A stretch of 53,452 bases of DNA from an uncultured Rickettsiales bacterium (GCA_964426935.1 CAYRTW010000003.1:1-53452); one strand, 5' to 3'. Shown: positions 19,565 to 28,947, counted from the stretch's first letter. The notes: a model not told the origin generated them from the sequence alone. A program made the numbers and translations.

Positions 19565-21066
19565 ACAGGTTCTTCCCCCCTCTCCTCAGGCTTCTGACCC
19601 TGTTGATGGCGGTGTGCTTCTCCTCTCCATCCTGGGCGAAGTGCTCGTTTTCGGTGATTCGCGTCGTTCCCGACGGGGTGGATGCCTTCCATCCTGCGGT
19701 CACCAAAGTCAAGGAGGCCCTGGCCAGCGGTCGATTTGGGGATGCCGCCACCACGGTGGAGGTTGGGGAAGGAGATCGCTCCGATCTGGCGATTCATGTG
19801 GGAGTCGTAAACCGCTGGGGACAAGATTTCCTGGTGCTGGATCGAAAAGTGGGGGCCCTCCTGGTGGCATCCCAGACGATTCCCTGGGGAGGGGGTGGAG
19901 AGGCCAGCGGCGATGTGCTCCTCGCCCTGCGGTCCCTGGTCCCCTGTGCCAACACCCCTCCTGAACTTCGAGTCTCCCAGGAGCCCGCAGGAAGGGTCCC
20001 CCGGGGCACCGAACTGGTGCTCGATGCCTGTCCTTCCAAGGACGAAGACGGCGACACCCTCAGCTTCACCTGGGAGCAGATCCCCGCCCCGGGGGTTGAT
20101 CCCGTCACTCTCCCCGACCCCCGCCGATGTCGGCTGGAGGGAGTCCGCCTCCCCAGGGAGGGGGTGTATCGCTTCCAGGTGGCCGCCAGGGATGGGGTGG
20201 TGACCTCCACGCGGACGGTGGAGGTTCTCATCGGGGGCTCAACGACGCTGCGGTGGCGACTGGCGGAGGGAGGCGCGGTGGGGCAGGACGCCGAGATTCA
20301 GGCGGTTCTTTGGGATGGGAACCGTGCCATTCCTCCCGAGAACCTGGTCTGTGAGGTGCTCTCCTCGCCCCAGGGGGCCCGACTGGAAATGACCGCTGCC
20401 GGGGGAAGCTGTCGATTCTCCACGCCTCGCTCCGGCACCTTCCGGATTCGCCTGTCTTCCCTCCTCCCCGACGGGCAGAGGGTGGCCTCCCTGGCGGAGG
20501 TGTGGGTGGCTCCCCGAACGGCAGTGTCGGTGCGAGGGGATTCTTCGCTGGGAGCGCTGTTGACGGTGTTCAACGGTGCCGATCTGGACGCCTCCATCCT
20601 TGCTCGTTCCTATCAGGGAGAGGCCCTGCCTGCCGCCGGGGGATTTCGCCTGGGGGTCAGGTTCCTGCTGATGGGACAGGGGGGATTGTCCTGGTACCCC
20701 GGCCAGGAGGGGCTCTCCGCACAGAGCTGGTTTCTGGGAGCAGATCTTCTCGGATTTACTCGCTTTTTTGATCCGTATCGGGCGTTCTCGGTGGCTCCCC
20801 GGCAGTTTGGATTGCTCATCGGGTATGAGTCCTGGGCCCTCCTGGATCAGGTGGGCTCTCCTCGCCGTTCCGCTCGACTGGCCTTCGTGGAGTTCCGTTT
20901 TGAGGCCCTGCGCGGCCTGCATGTCGGCTTCCGGGGAGCCCCCTTTGGAGAAGACAAGCTGTTCAGTGTGCAGATCGGCCTGTCGATGGAGGAGCTGATT
21001 GGATTCCTGGGCTCCCGGCGAGGCAGCGGCGGAACAAAGAAGACCCTTTCCCCTTCATCTCCCTGA
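19561..21066 (+). CDS. Secreted protein with a PKD-like domain and a beta-strand-rich C-terminus; paralog of the previous gene
   Basis: Signal peptide MNRFFPPLLRLLTLLMAVCFSSPSWA. PKD-like DEDGDTLSFTWEQ. Same domain order as 17990-19564. Confidence 0.6.
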   Translation: MNRFFPPLLRLLTLLMAVCFSSPSWAKCSFSVIRVVPDGVDAFHPAVTKVKEALASGRFGDAATTVEVGEGDRSDLAIHVGVVNRWGQDFLVLDRKVGALLVASQTIPWGGGGEASGDVLLALRSLVPCANTPPELRVSQEPAGRVPRGTELVLDACPSKDEDGDTLSFTWEQIPAPGVDPVTLPDPRRCRLEGVRLPREGVYRFQVAARDGVVTSTRTVEVLIGGSTTLRWRLAEGGAVGQDAEIQAVLWDGNRAIPPENLVCEVLSSPQGARLEMTAAGGSCRFSTPRSGTFRIRLSSLLPDGQRVASLAEVWVAPRTAVSVRGDSSLGALLTVFNGADLDASILARSYQGEALPAAGGFRLGVRFLLMGQGGLSWYPGQEGLSAQSWFLGADLLGFTRFFDPYRAFSVAPRQFGLLIGYESWALLDQVGSPRRSARLAFVEFRFEALRGLHVGFRGAPFGEDKLFSVQIGLSMEELIGFLGSRRGSGGTKKTLSPSSP

Positions 21067-21092
21067 TTTCACCACCTCGTTCCCCCATTCCT

Positions 21093-21818
21093 TCATTCGC
21101 CGGTGTCCCCCCGCAAGGAGGTGATGGAACCCGCGAGGACCCACACCGCCAGGTCGATCTCGCCGGTGTGAAGGATCGCTGGCCCGGAGGGGAGTCCACT
21201 GAAGGCATACCCCCCGGCCACCGAGGTCCCCGCCAGCGACAGGTCTGCCTCCCCGTCCTCATCGAGATAGACAGGGACCCAGTCAGAGCCATCGGCGGTC
21301 TCCAGGGAGACTGCGCTCCCCACCCTGGCTGCCGACCTGGACAGGGTACCCACCAGGGCCCCCGTTTCGTCCGCAGCCGAGGGGGTGCTGCCGGGGAGGG
21401 CTTTGTCAGCACCCTCTTCCGTCCAGATGTGAAACACACCGTCGTCCACATCCAAGGAGGTGTCGGGCAGGGTGGCGGGGATCAGGGTGCCGATGTACGG
21501 GGTGTCTCCCTCCGGGGGGTGGAAGTGGATATGAACGGCAGCCCTCTCCTCGAAAGGACCCACCAGGTAACTCCCCGAGCCAATCACTCCCTGCTCTCCT
21601 CCCCCCGAGGTGTCTTCAGGCTCCTCATCCAAGAACGCATCCACCAGGATTCCCGCCACGGGCACCGAGTCAGGGGTGGGGAAGGGGGTGTCGAAGAGGT
21701 ACCCTTGCAAAACCACTGGGGCGGAGCCCGTGCAAGAGGTCAGCAGGGGAATCAAGAAGGGGAGGGGAGAGAGGTACCGCACCGGGTCAGTGTACTCTCC
21801 AAGAGGGGAGGATGGCAT
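21093..21818 (-). CDS. Acidic lipoprotein of unknown function
   Basis: Lipobox LLTSC after a hydrophobic segment. Acidic, Gly/Asp-rich mature region. Convergent with the preceding gene. Confidence 0.5.
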   Translation of the reverse strand: MPSSPLGEYTDPVRYLSPLPFLIPLLTSCTGSAPVVLQGYLFDTPFPTPDSVPVAGILVDAFLDEEPEDTSGGGEQGVIGSGSYLVGPFEERAAVHIHFHPPEGDTPYIGTLIPATLPDTSLDVDDGVFHIWTEEGADKALPGSTPSAADETGALVGTLSRSAARVGSAVSLETADGSDWVPVYLDEDGEADLSLAGTSVAGGYAFSGLPSGPAILHTGEIDLAVWVLAGSITSLRGDTGE

Positions 21819-21862
21819 GGGGACGAGGCAGGGAACTGAGGTGTTGGAGGGGGAACATTCGG

Positions 21863-22393
21863 ATGAAGGGCTCTGGCATGGAACATTCCACCGATGAGAT
21901 GAAGGAGAGAAAGAGGAGGAGGGAGAGGGCGCTGCGTCTCCTGGTTTCCCGGGAGCTCAGCGGCGAAGACCTCCGCGGCCGCCTGGGGAAGTGGGGAGCC
22001 TCCGCCGAGGAAGCAGAGGCTCTGGTGGCATCGGCCCGGGAGTCGGGGCTGATCAACGAAGAGAGGCTGGCGGAGGCCTGGGTGGCCGGGCGTCAGGGGC
22101 AGAGGGGGAAGAGGCAGCTTCGCCAGGAGTTGCGGAGGCGGGGAGTGGGCGAGGAGACCGCCGATGCCGCAGTGTCGGTGGTGGACGTCGAGGTGGAGGT
22201 GAGGGCGGCCCGGAATCTGACCCGACTTCATCTGAGGCGACTTCAGGGGCTGCCCGCGGTGGTGGCACAACGGCGCCTCGCTGGCCTCCTGGGGAGGCGG
22301 GGATTCGGGGGCGCAGCCCTCCGGGAAGGGTTGTCCCTGCTGGGAAGAGAGGGGGAAGACCTTCCCGTTTCGGACGAAACCGAAGGGCCCTGA
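21863..22393 (+). CDS. recX: Regulatory protein RecX. Start uncertain (21812, 21863 or 21878).
   Basis: Repeated three-helix pattern ERALRLLVSRELSGEDLRGRL ... LINEERLAEAWV ... GKRQLRQELRRRGV, typical of RecX. Confidence 0.7.
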   Translation: MKGSGMEHSTDEMKERKRRRERALRLLVSRELSGEDLRGRLGKWGASAEEAEALVASARESGLINEERLAEAWVAGRQGQRGKRQLRQELRRRGVGEETADAAVSVVDVEVEVRAARNLTRLHLRRLQGLPAVVAQRRLAGLLGRRGFGGAALREGLSLLGREGEDLPVSDETEGP

Positions 22394-22616
22394 GAGTCTC
22401 CCGCGCAATGCGTTACGAGCCGAAGGAGCCCAAGGAGGGGGAGGACCCGAGGTCCGCAGCAATCAAGGGGACGGGGAGGAACTTCGGGAGGCCCCGCGAC
22501 ACCGGGACCCGAGACGGTGTCCCAGTTTGTGGGACTCTCTGAGGAGGGGGGCTGCCCGTCGGCATCTGACCTGAAAAGGACTCTCCCCAAAACAATCTGG
22601 TTCAACCGGCGGAGCT

Positions 22617-23561
22617 ATGTTATGGATCAGAGTCGGCGCCCGAGACTGCATCCCCGGTAGGCCCCCGTCAGGAGGAGCTGTGAGTTCCCCACATCGTTGC
22701 TTCCGTCTCTTTTTTGTTGCCTCCCTGTTCGTCTCCTCTCTCTTCATGGCCGGTCCCCAGGTTGCGACCGCGGGTGAAGGGGGGCCGGGGGTGTGGAAGG
22801 AGGGTTTTTCTCTCTACCAGGCGGGAGATTGGGCCGGGGCAGCGGATCGTTTCCAGGTCATCCTCGCCGACAACCCCCGGGACGTGGCGGCTCGGGTCTA
22901 TCTGGTGGAGTGCTTCCGCAAGATGGGTCAGGAGGATCTGGCCGTGGCCCTGGAACGGGGGGAAGGAGGCTCGGGGGAGAGGGAGATCCGCCGGGTGGAG
23001 GTGCGCCGTGAGGGAGGAGTGGTGGAGGTGGAGGTGGGCCGGGAGGTTCGTCTCCCCGGGGAGGGGAAGAGGGAGATGCGTCGAGAAGAGCGCAGGATGG
23101 AGTTTCGTTGTCGAGGGAAGGACTGCTCCTCCCCTCGCTCCGGCCGTCCGTTTGGCTTCGGTCTGAGCGTGCTGGGGCCGTCCGGGAGCGTGGGATTCTT
23201 TGGGGAGTTCACCCCCTTCTCCTTCTTGTCCGCCGAGGTGGGGTGGGGCCTGGCCACGGTGCAGATCCAGAGCTGGTGGTTGGAGGCCAAGTTTCTCCCG
23301 GCTCGAGGGGTGGTCAGCCCCTTCGTGGGAGTCGGCATCCTGGGGTTGTTCGGGGTGGTGCACCGAGGGGATTGGGAGGCGCTGGGTCCGGCGGGTCCGG
23401 CCATGCTCCAGCGGGAGCTTCACCCCTACCTCACCGCGGGGATGATGGTCATGTCTCGCAAGGGGTTTGCTCATCAGTTCGCGGTGGGATTTGCCGCCAC
23501 TGGAGACCACCACGCCCCCGTCTTTGTCCTCCCCGGCTACCGAATGAGCTGGCACTTCTGA
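22617..23561 (+). CDS. Outer-membrane beta-barrel-like protein with an N-terminal TPR-like segment and an Arg/Glu/Val-rich linker
   Basis: Signal-like FRLFFVASLFVSSLFMAGPQVATA. TPR-like YQAGDWAGAADRFQVILADNP. Charged repeats REIRRVEVRREGGVVEVEV. C-terminal terminal Phe (MSWHF), typical of OMPs. Confidence 0.5.
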   Translation: MLWIRVGARDCIPGRPPSGGAVSSPHRCFRLFFVASLFVSSLFMAGPQVATAGEGGPGVWKEGFSLYQAGDWAGAADRFQVILADNPRDVAARVYLVECFRKMGQEDLAVALERGEGGSGEREIRRVEVRREGGVVEVEVGREVRLPGEGKREMRREERRMEFRCRGKDCSSPRSGRPFGFGLSVLGPSGSVGFFGEFTPFSFLSAEVGWGLATVQIQSWWLEAKFLPARGVVSPFVGVGILGLFGVVHRGDWEALGPAGPAMLQRELHPYLTAGMMVMSRKGFAHQFAVGFAATGDHHAPVFVLPGYRMSWHF

Positions 23562-23564
23562 GCG

Positions 23565-25229
23565 ATGGGGGCGTCCCTCGGCCCCTCTCTTCCTCCCTCT
23601 GAACTTCGCCCATATCGCTGGGTCCTGTTGGCCCTCCTGGCTCTGGGGGTGGCTCTTCGTCTGGTCCGCTTCCCTTTCCGTTGGAACTACTGGTTTCTGG
23701 ACGGCCTGAGTTACTCCCTTCACACCGAGGACCTCCTGCTGAGGGGTGACCTCTGGGCCCTCCCTCGGGCCTTCACCGGCCTTCACCCTCCTCTGGGTGG
23801 GCTGGTTCATGGGGCGTTGACTCTCTCCTCCGGGGGGCCCTGGTCTCACCTGGCCCTCTCCCTGGGAGCGGAGATGGGAGCCATCGCCTGTGCTTCGATG
23901 GCGGTGAGGAGGTGGAAGGGGCCAGACGCCGGGCTTCTCACCGCCGGTCTGGCTTCGGTGTCCTGCCTCCGGGTCAGCCAGGGACTCGATCCCTCCGGGT
24001 ATCCCCTGGCGTCTCTGGCGGTGGGATTGGCGTTTCTTGCCGTCCTCCCCAGCAACGCTCCATCCCCCAAGCGGGACCCCATTCGCTCCTGGGCAGGAGG
24101 AGGGGCCGGACTCCTTGGGGGATGGTCAGAGTTGGGGGGAGCCTTGTGGGTGTTGACTCTTTGGGGGGTGCTGAGGGCGGAGGTCGGGTGGAAGGAAGAT
24201 CGGGGGAGGCGCAGGGGGGCCCGGTGGATGTTCTTCGGACTGCTGACCGCCCTCCCCACCTTCTGGGGTTGGTGGGATCGGCTTCAGGCGTCGGGGACCT
24301 TTCACCCCAACCTGCAGGGGATCCCCGAAAAGGTGCTCTCGGCCCTGAGCCGGTGTGGCGGGGGAGTCTGGGTTTGGGGGGGAGGCGTCGCCCTGGGGAT
24401 GCTGGCGGTGGGGTGGCTCTGGTCCCGGGAGAGGACCGGGTTCGTTCTGCTGGCTCTCCCCCTCCTGGTCTACGGGGGAGCTCTGACGGCTGGATTCTGG
24501 AGTGGTGCCGCCTCGACCCATCAGGTGCCCTATCACCTGCTCCCCTCCTTGGGGATGGCGACGACGGTGGGGGTCGCCTGGGGGGACGGGCTTCTTGTTC
24601 CCTCCCGACGATCGGCATGGGTGAAGTTGTGGAAGGGGGCGATGGTCACCCTGGTCTCTCTTTGGGTGTTGGGACAGGGAATGGAACATGTCCGGTTCCT
24701 GGGCATCGCCTCCTCCGCGTGGAAGGGGACTCCTCCGCCGGCCCTGGTGGAGCATCTGGCCCGGGATCGTCCTCTCCTTGTTCTCTGGGACTCTCCCTTT
24801 GGGGATCAGGAGATCCAGGGAATCGACGCCGGATGGGCTTCCCTGCCCCCTTCCTGGTTCGAGTACCGCTGCCCGTCCTCCCGGGAGATTCGACGCGGAT
24901 TTTGTTGGCAGGGAAGAGATTCTGGCCCCATTGCGGCGTGGAATGAGGCGGGATTTCCCGGTGGAGAAGAAGAGCAGAGCTTTCGTCAGGCCCTTCGCTC
25001 TTCCCTGGAGGAGGGGCCGGTGCTTCTGTGGGTGATGGGATGGCGTAACGGAGAGAGGCCGGAGGGGGTGGCTCGGATGGTGGAGGAGGAAGGAGGGGAG
25101 AGGGAGAGGGTGGATGCCGCCGCAGGGAGGATCCTGTGGCGTGTGTTCAAGCGATCCGAAGGGAAGAACGTCGGGGAAACATCTCCCGATACAGGGGCTG
25201 AAGGGCGGCCAGGTCCCCGGGAGTTTTGA
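23565..25229 (+). CDS. GT-C fold membrane glycosyltransferase (ArnT/PMT_2-like)
   Basis: Many TM segments. The first periplasmic loop resembles the ArnT/PMT family (WFLDGLSYSLHTEDLLLRGDLW...GLHPPLGGLV). Soluble C-terminal domain. Confidence 0.55.
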   Translation: MGASLGPSLPPSELRPYRWVLLALLALGVALRLVRFPFRWNYWFLDGLSYSLHTEDLLLRGDLWALPRAFTGLHPPLGGLVHGALTLSSGGPWSHLALSLGAEMGAIACASMAVRRWKGPDAGLLTAGLASVSCLRVSQGLDPSGYPLASLAVGLAFLAVLPSNAPSPKRDPIRSWAGGGAGLLGGWSELGGALWVLTLWGVLRAEVGWKEDRGRRRGARWMFFGLLTALPTFWGWWDRLQASGTFHPNLQGIPEKVLSALSRCGGGVWVWGGGVALGMLAVGWLWSRERTGFVLLALPLLVYGGALTAGFWSGAASTHQVPYHLLPSLGMATTVGVAWGDGLLVPSRRSAWVKLWKGAMVTLVSLWVLGQGMEHVRFLGIASSAWKGTPPPALVEHLARDRPLLVLWDSPFGDQEIQGIDAGWASLPPSWFEYRCPSSREIRRGFCWQGRDSGPIAAWNEAGFPGGEEEQSFRQALRSSLEEGPVLLWVMGWRNGERPEGVARMVEEEGGERERVDAAAGRILWRVFKRSEGKNVGETSPDTGAEGRPGPREF

Positions 25230-26331
25230 CGGGTAGGAAGCGACCGGAAACTCCGAATCGGGGCACCACCAGATATTGGGATGACACCTGAGCGGTCAAT
25301 TCTCCCACCAGCCGTTCAAATTGAATCACCTCGCCTCCCGACACCTGCTTCTTCACCTGAAACCAGGTGAGGGGATGGGAAGCGCGGAGGACCTCCAAGT
25401 TCAAGAGCAAGGTGTTGGTGTTGAACACCGGCACCTGGGTCGCATCAAAACTGGGGGGAAACCGAAAACTCTCAAAAATCTGTACCTTTCCATCCAGGAG
25501 GGCCGGGCACCCGCCGCTGTCCCCGTTCAGTCTCTCCACCAACTCGGCGGTGAGGGAAACCCCCGACATCAAGTGCTGCCCCACCACCTCTGGCAGGGGG
25601 CCGGCCCCCAGGTTGTCCACATTGTAGGTCAGGATCATGCGGACCCCTTGCGCCTCCAGCCAGGAAAGGCAGCCCGAATCCCGCAAGCTGTCTCCCAGGT
25701 CTCCGTGACCCGGACCGTAAAAACTCGCCTGCCCTTGGGAATCGCGAAAGAGGGCGCCATCGGGCCGGAGCCGGGGCATGATCCTTTGAATGAATGTGCG
25801 GATCTGGGAGGGATCCAATCCAAGATGCCGGCTGGAGTCCAGGTGCCTGCGGGTGGCCTCGTCGGTGGCAAAGCTGTTCATCAATAGAAAAGGAATGCGG
25901 CCGCCCCAGCGCTCTTCCAGGTCCAGCAGCTTCTGGGCGGCAAGTTGAAGAAAGGACCGCCCCGGAAGGGCCTCGACAATCCCTTTGACCACGCCTCCGA
26001 AGCGGGTGGCCATTCCTCCGTTCAGCAAGACCACCGCCACTTTTCCCTCAGCAAGGGCCTGGGCGCCCGCGCTTTCCACCGCTTCCCAGGCCAGGGAACC
26101 CCGCAGGGGGAGGTGCTCCAGGGTGCCCGGGGGTGGGGGACTGAGGTGGCCCTTCACCCAGTTGAAGGAGGGATCATACCCATCCTTTCCCACATGTCCG
26201 GCCAGATCACAGAACGCCACCTCATCGAATCCGAAGGCGTCCAGAAAAGCACGTTCCTCACCGGTCAGCTCATCCAAGGAAAACCGCACGCAAACTCCCA
26301 ATCTCCCTCCACCTTGCTTCTCTCCCCGCAT
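25147..26331 (-). CDS. UDPGP-family sugar-1-phosphate nucleotidyltransferase (eukaryotic-type UTP--glucose-1-phosphate uridylyltransferase-like)
   Basis: VVLLNGGMATRFGG (the LNGGxGTxxG-type loop), FLLMNSFATDEAT, YGPGHGDL and RFLPVKTPGDL. Confidence 0.65.
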   Translation of the reverse strand: MRGEKQGGGRLGVCVRFSLDELTGEERAFLDAFGFDEVAFCDLAGHVGKDGYDPSFNWVKGHLSPPPPGTLEHLPLRGSLAWEAVESAGAQALAEGKVAVVLLNGGMATRFGGVVKGIVEALPGRSFLQLAAQKLLDLEERWGGRIPFLLMNSFATDEATRRHLDSSRHLGLDPSQIRTFIQRIMPRLRPDGALFRDSQGQASFYGPGHGDLGDSLRDSGCLSWLEAQGVRMILTYNVDNLGAGPLPEVVGQHLMSGVSLTAELVERLNGDSGGCPALLDGKVQIFESFRFPPSFDATQVPVFNTNTLLLNLEVLRASHPLTWFQVKKQVSGGEVIQFERLVGELTAQVSSQYLVVPRFGVSGRFLPVKTPGDLAALQPLYREMFPRRSSLRIA

Positions 26332-26491
26332 CTTCGCCCGGGATGGCTATCGTTTCAACGCCTGGGAGGGAGGGGATGGGGATTGTCGGCGATCCTCACC
26401 TCCCCACCTTGCTCTTCCCCTAATAGAAGACTAGCTTAGTCCATGATTGTCGCTGTCTCATGCCAATGGGGCGGCATTGAGGATTCGGATC

Positions 26492-26716
26492 ATGCAAGAG
26501 CATCCCTTGGACGCCCGGGGTCTGATGTGCCCCATGCCCATCATCAAACTGGCCAAACTCATCAAGGGCCTGCCCTCGGGGGACGTGGTGAGGATCGAAG
26601 CCGATGATCCGGCGTTCTGCAACGATCTGCGAGCCTGGTGCAGCAAGACCGGCCATGCCTTGGTGAACCTTCATGAGGAACCCCGAGGCGGAGTGGGCCT
26701 GGTGCGAAGGGCCTGA
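26492..26716 (+). CDS. tusA: TusA-family sulfur carrier protein
   Basis: LDARGLMCPMPIIKL (the CPxP active-site motif). About 74 aa from the ATG at 26492. Confidence 0.8.
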   Translation: MQEHPLDARGLMCPMPIIKLAKLIKGLPSGDVVRIEADDPAFCNDLRAWCSKTGHALVNLHEEPRGGVGLVRRA

Positions 26717-26760
26717 ATCAGTTCGCTTCCACCCGGGTTCCGTCCCTGAACAGGAGTCCC

Positions 26761-27399
26761 ATGTCCGCACCTGTCGCCCTCTTCCCCACCTCCCGAGCCC
26801 CCGAGTCTGAAGACAGGGAGGCCTGGAAGGATGCACTCAAGGAATCCCTTCGTGCCGAGATCCTGGCCGAGATTCGCCAGGAACTCGATGAATGGAAGGA
26901 GAGTCAACCTCGGCCTGGAGTGGTCCTGAAGGACAAGAGAACCCTGGTGGTGTTCAGCGGCGACTACGACAAGCTGATGGCGGCCTTCATCATCGCCACG
27001 GGTTCAGCGGCCATGGGCTCGGAAGTCTCCATGTACTTCACTTTTTGGGGCCTGAACGTTCTTCGCAAGCCAAACGCATCGGCGAAGGGCAAGAGCCTCA
27101 TCGAGAAGTGCTTCGGATGGATGATGCCTGCCGGTCCTCGCCGTCAGGGAATCTCCAAGATGAACATGGGAGGATTGGGGGGCCCCATGATTCGCACCGT
27201 CATGCAGATGAAAAACGTGGAGCCCCTGGAGGGTCTGATGGAACAGGCAAAGGAGTTGGGGGTGAAGATGATCGCCTGCCAGATGTCCATGGACATCCTG
27301 GGGATTCGAACCGAAGAACTCATCGATGGGATTGAATACGGCGGAGTGGCCACCTACCTGGGGGACGATGCCGACGCCCAGGCCAACCTGTTCATCTGA
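26761..27399 (+). CDS. DsrE/DsrF-like family protein (COG2210-type)
   Basis: TLVVFSGDYDKLMAAFIIATGSAAMG, FTFWGL and MIACQMSMDILG, characteristic of the DsrE-like family that commonly pairs with TusA. Confidence 0.65.
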   Translation: MSAPVALFPTSRAPESEDREAWKDALKESLRAEILAEIRQELDEWKESQPRPGVVLKDKRTLVVFSGDYDKLMAAFIIATGSAAMGSEVSMYFTFWGLNVLRKPNASAKGKSLIEKCFGWMMPAGPRRQGISKMNMGGLGGPMIRTVMQMKNVEPLEGLMEQAKELGVKMIACQMSMDILGIRTEELIDGIEYGGVATYLGDDADAQANLFI

Positions 27400-27422
27400 A
27401 TCTTTCTACCTTGTAGAATCCA

Positions 27423-28943
27423 TCACTTGGCAGTGGGGAGAGGCCAGCCCTTCTCATCCAGGATGACCACGGGAACCCCCAAGGCCCGCAGGGGCGCCTC
27501 CACCTGCACCGGGTCTCCCACTACCACGACGGCGTGATCGGCAGGACGCACCAGAGACGCGGTGGCGGTGGCTCCTTGGGCATCCACCGCGCCGACTCGT
27601 TGGGGGTATTCAGTCAGATAGGAAGAGGGAAGACCGTAGAATCCCAGGTTTCCCAACTCTCCGGCGACGCTGTCCAGGGTCTCAAAGGACTGAGGATAGG
27701 AGCGCATCAACGACAGGGCGGCAAAATCCCTTTCACCAGGCGTCACTGGCCGGGAAGAGGTGATGGCGTCCAACTCCTTCCAAATCTCAGCAATGCTCTC
27801 GGCGGTGTGCTCGGCATGCACCGAGGCAGAGACGACGAACATGCCCCCCCTCTTCCAGGTGGCCAGATCGGTGCGGATTCCGTAGGTGAACCCCTTCTGC
27901 TCCCGCAGGTTGAGATTGAGGCGGCTGGTGAACATCCCCCCCAGGGTCATGTTCATGACCTGTGCGGGAAAGTACTGAGGATCCAACCGGGCGATCCCCA
28001 GATTTCCCGCCAACAGGTAGGACTGGGTCGCCTTCGCCTTGGGGATCAGATAGACGGTGCGGCCCGCCTGGGGAGGAGGCAGGGCCAGAGGAACCTCCTT
28101 GAGCTTCCCTTTTTTCCACTTGCCAAGGTGGGTGGAGAGGAGCTCCTCCAGGGTCGCCCGGTCCACATCCCCTGCCACCGCCAGGGTGGCTCCGGTAGGG
28201 GTCCACGCCTTCTTGTGAAAGGCCACCAGATCTTTGCGAGTGAGGAGGGGGAGAGTGTCTTCTCTTCCGTTGGCCGGTCGCCCGGCAAACACGTTGCCGA
28301 ACAGGATGCGACGAAAGGTCTCATTGGCCACGCTCTGGGGGCGGGCTCGATCCGCCACGATCTGAGCCAGGATCAGCTTGCGAACCCGATCCAGATCGGC
28401 CTCGGGGAAGGTGGGGGCGGTGAGCATCTCTGTCACCACGGCCAGGCTTTCCCCCAGGCGGTCTGCCAGGCAATTGATGGTGAGATAGCTCATCTCCAGT
28501 CCCGCTCCGACGGAGACGTCGGTGGCCAGGGTCTGCAGGGCGTTGGAAAGGGTCAGGGAGGTGTAGGAGCGGGTCCCTTCATCCAACATGGCCGCCGTCA
28601 ACCATGCGGTGCCTTCCTTGCCGGGGGGATCGGCCATGGAACCGGTGGGAAGGGTCAGGGATGCACTGATCAGAGGGAGGCCCCGGCGGGTCACCAGGAG
28701 CACTTCCAGCCCGTTCTTGAGGGTGAACCGCTCCGGCAGGGGAGGCTGGAACTGGGGTTCAGCAGCGGGGTTGGGCTGGGCCGCTCGCCAGGGCTCATCG
28801 AACACCGGCGGCGGGGGAGGAGGCACCGGGGCTGCCACCGGGGCCGGTGGGGGAGTCTTGGCCTTTCCCCCCGGGGCGGCGGCCAGGGCCAGGGAGGGGA
28901 AGAGGAGCAGGGAAAGGAGGGGGGCAAGGGAAGAAAGGCGCAT
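27423..28943 (-). CDS. M16-family peptidase, probably the non-catalytic subunit (no HxxEH)
   Basis: Signal peptide MRLSSLAPLLSLLLFPSLALAAAP. M16 fold-like sequence lacking the zinc motif. Lies 4 nt downstream of the catalytic partner. Confidence 0.7.
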   Translation of the reverse strand: MRLSSLAPLLSLLLFPSLALAAAPGGKAKTPPPAPVAAPVPPPPPPVFDEPWRAAQPNPAAEPQFQPPLPERFTLKNGLEVLLVTRRGLPLISASLTLPTGSMADPPGKEGTAWLTAAMLDEGTRSYTSLTLSNALQTLATDVSVGAGLEMSYLTINCLADRLGESLAVVTEMLTAPTFPEADLDRVRKLILAQIVADRARPQSVANETFRRILFGNVFAGRPANGREDTLPLLTRKDLVAFHKKAWTPTGATLAVAGDVDRATLEELLSTHLGKWKKGKLKEVPLALPPPQAGRTVYLIPKAKATQSYLLAGNLGIARLDPQYFPAQVMNMTLGGMFTSRLNLNLREQKGFTYGIRTDLATWKRGGMFVVSASVHAEHTAESIAEIWKELDAITSSRPVTPGERDFAALSLMRSYPQSFETLDSVAGELGNLGFYGLPSSYLTEYPQRVGAVDAQGATATASLVRPADHAVVVVGDPVQVEAPLRALGVPVVILDEKGWPLPTAK

Positions 28944-28947
28944 GGAC

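Noticed and set aside
22393-22616. Two adjacent hairpins after recX (GACACCG/CGGTGTC about 22498-22521 and GTCCCA/TGGGAC about 22520-22536), considered as an sRNA or a terminator.
   Set aside because: The stems are short, share nucleotides and have no following T-tract. They may act as a weak recX terminator, but there is not enough evidence to annotate them.
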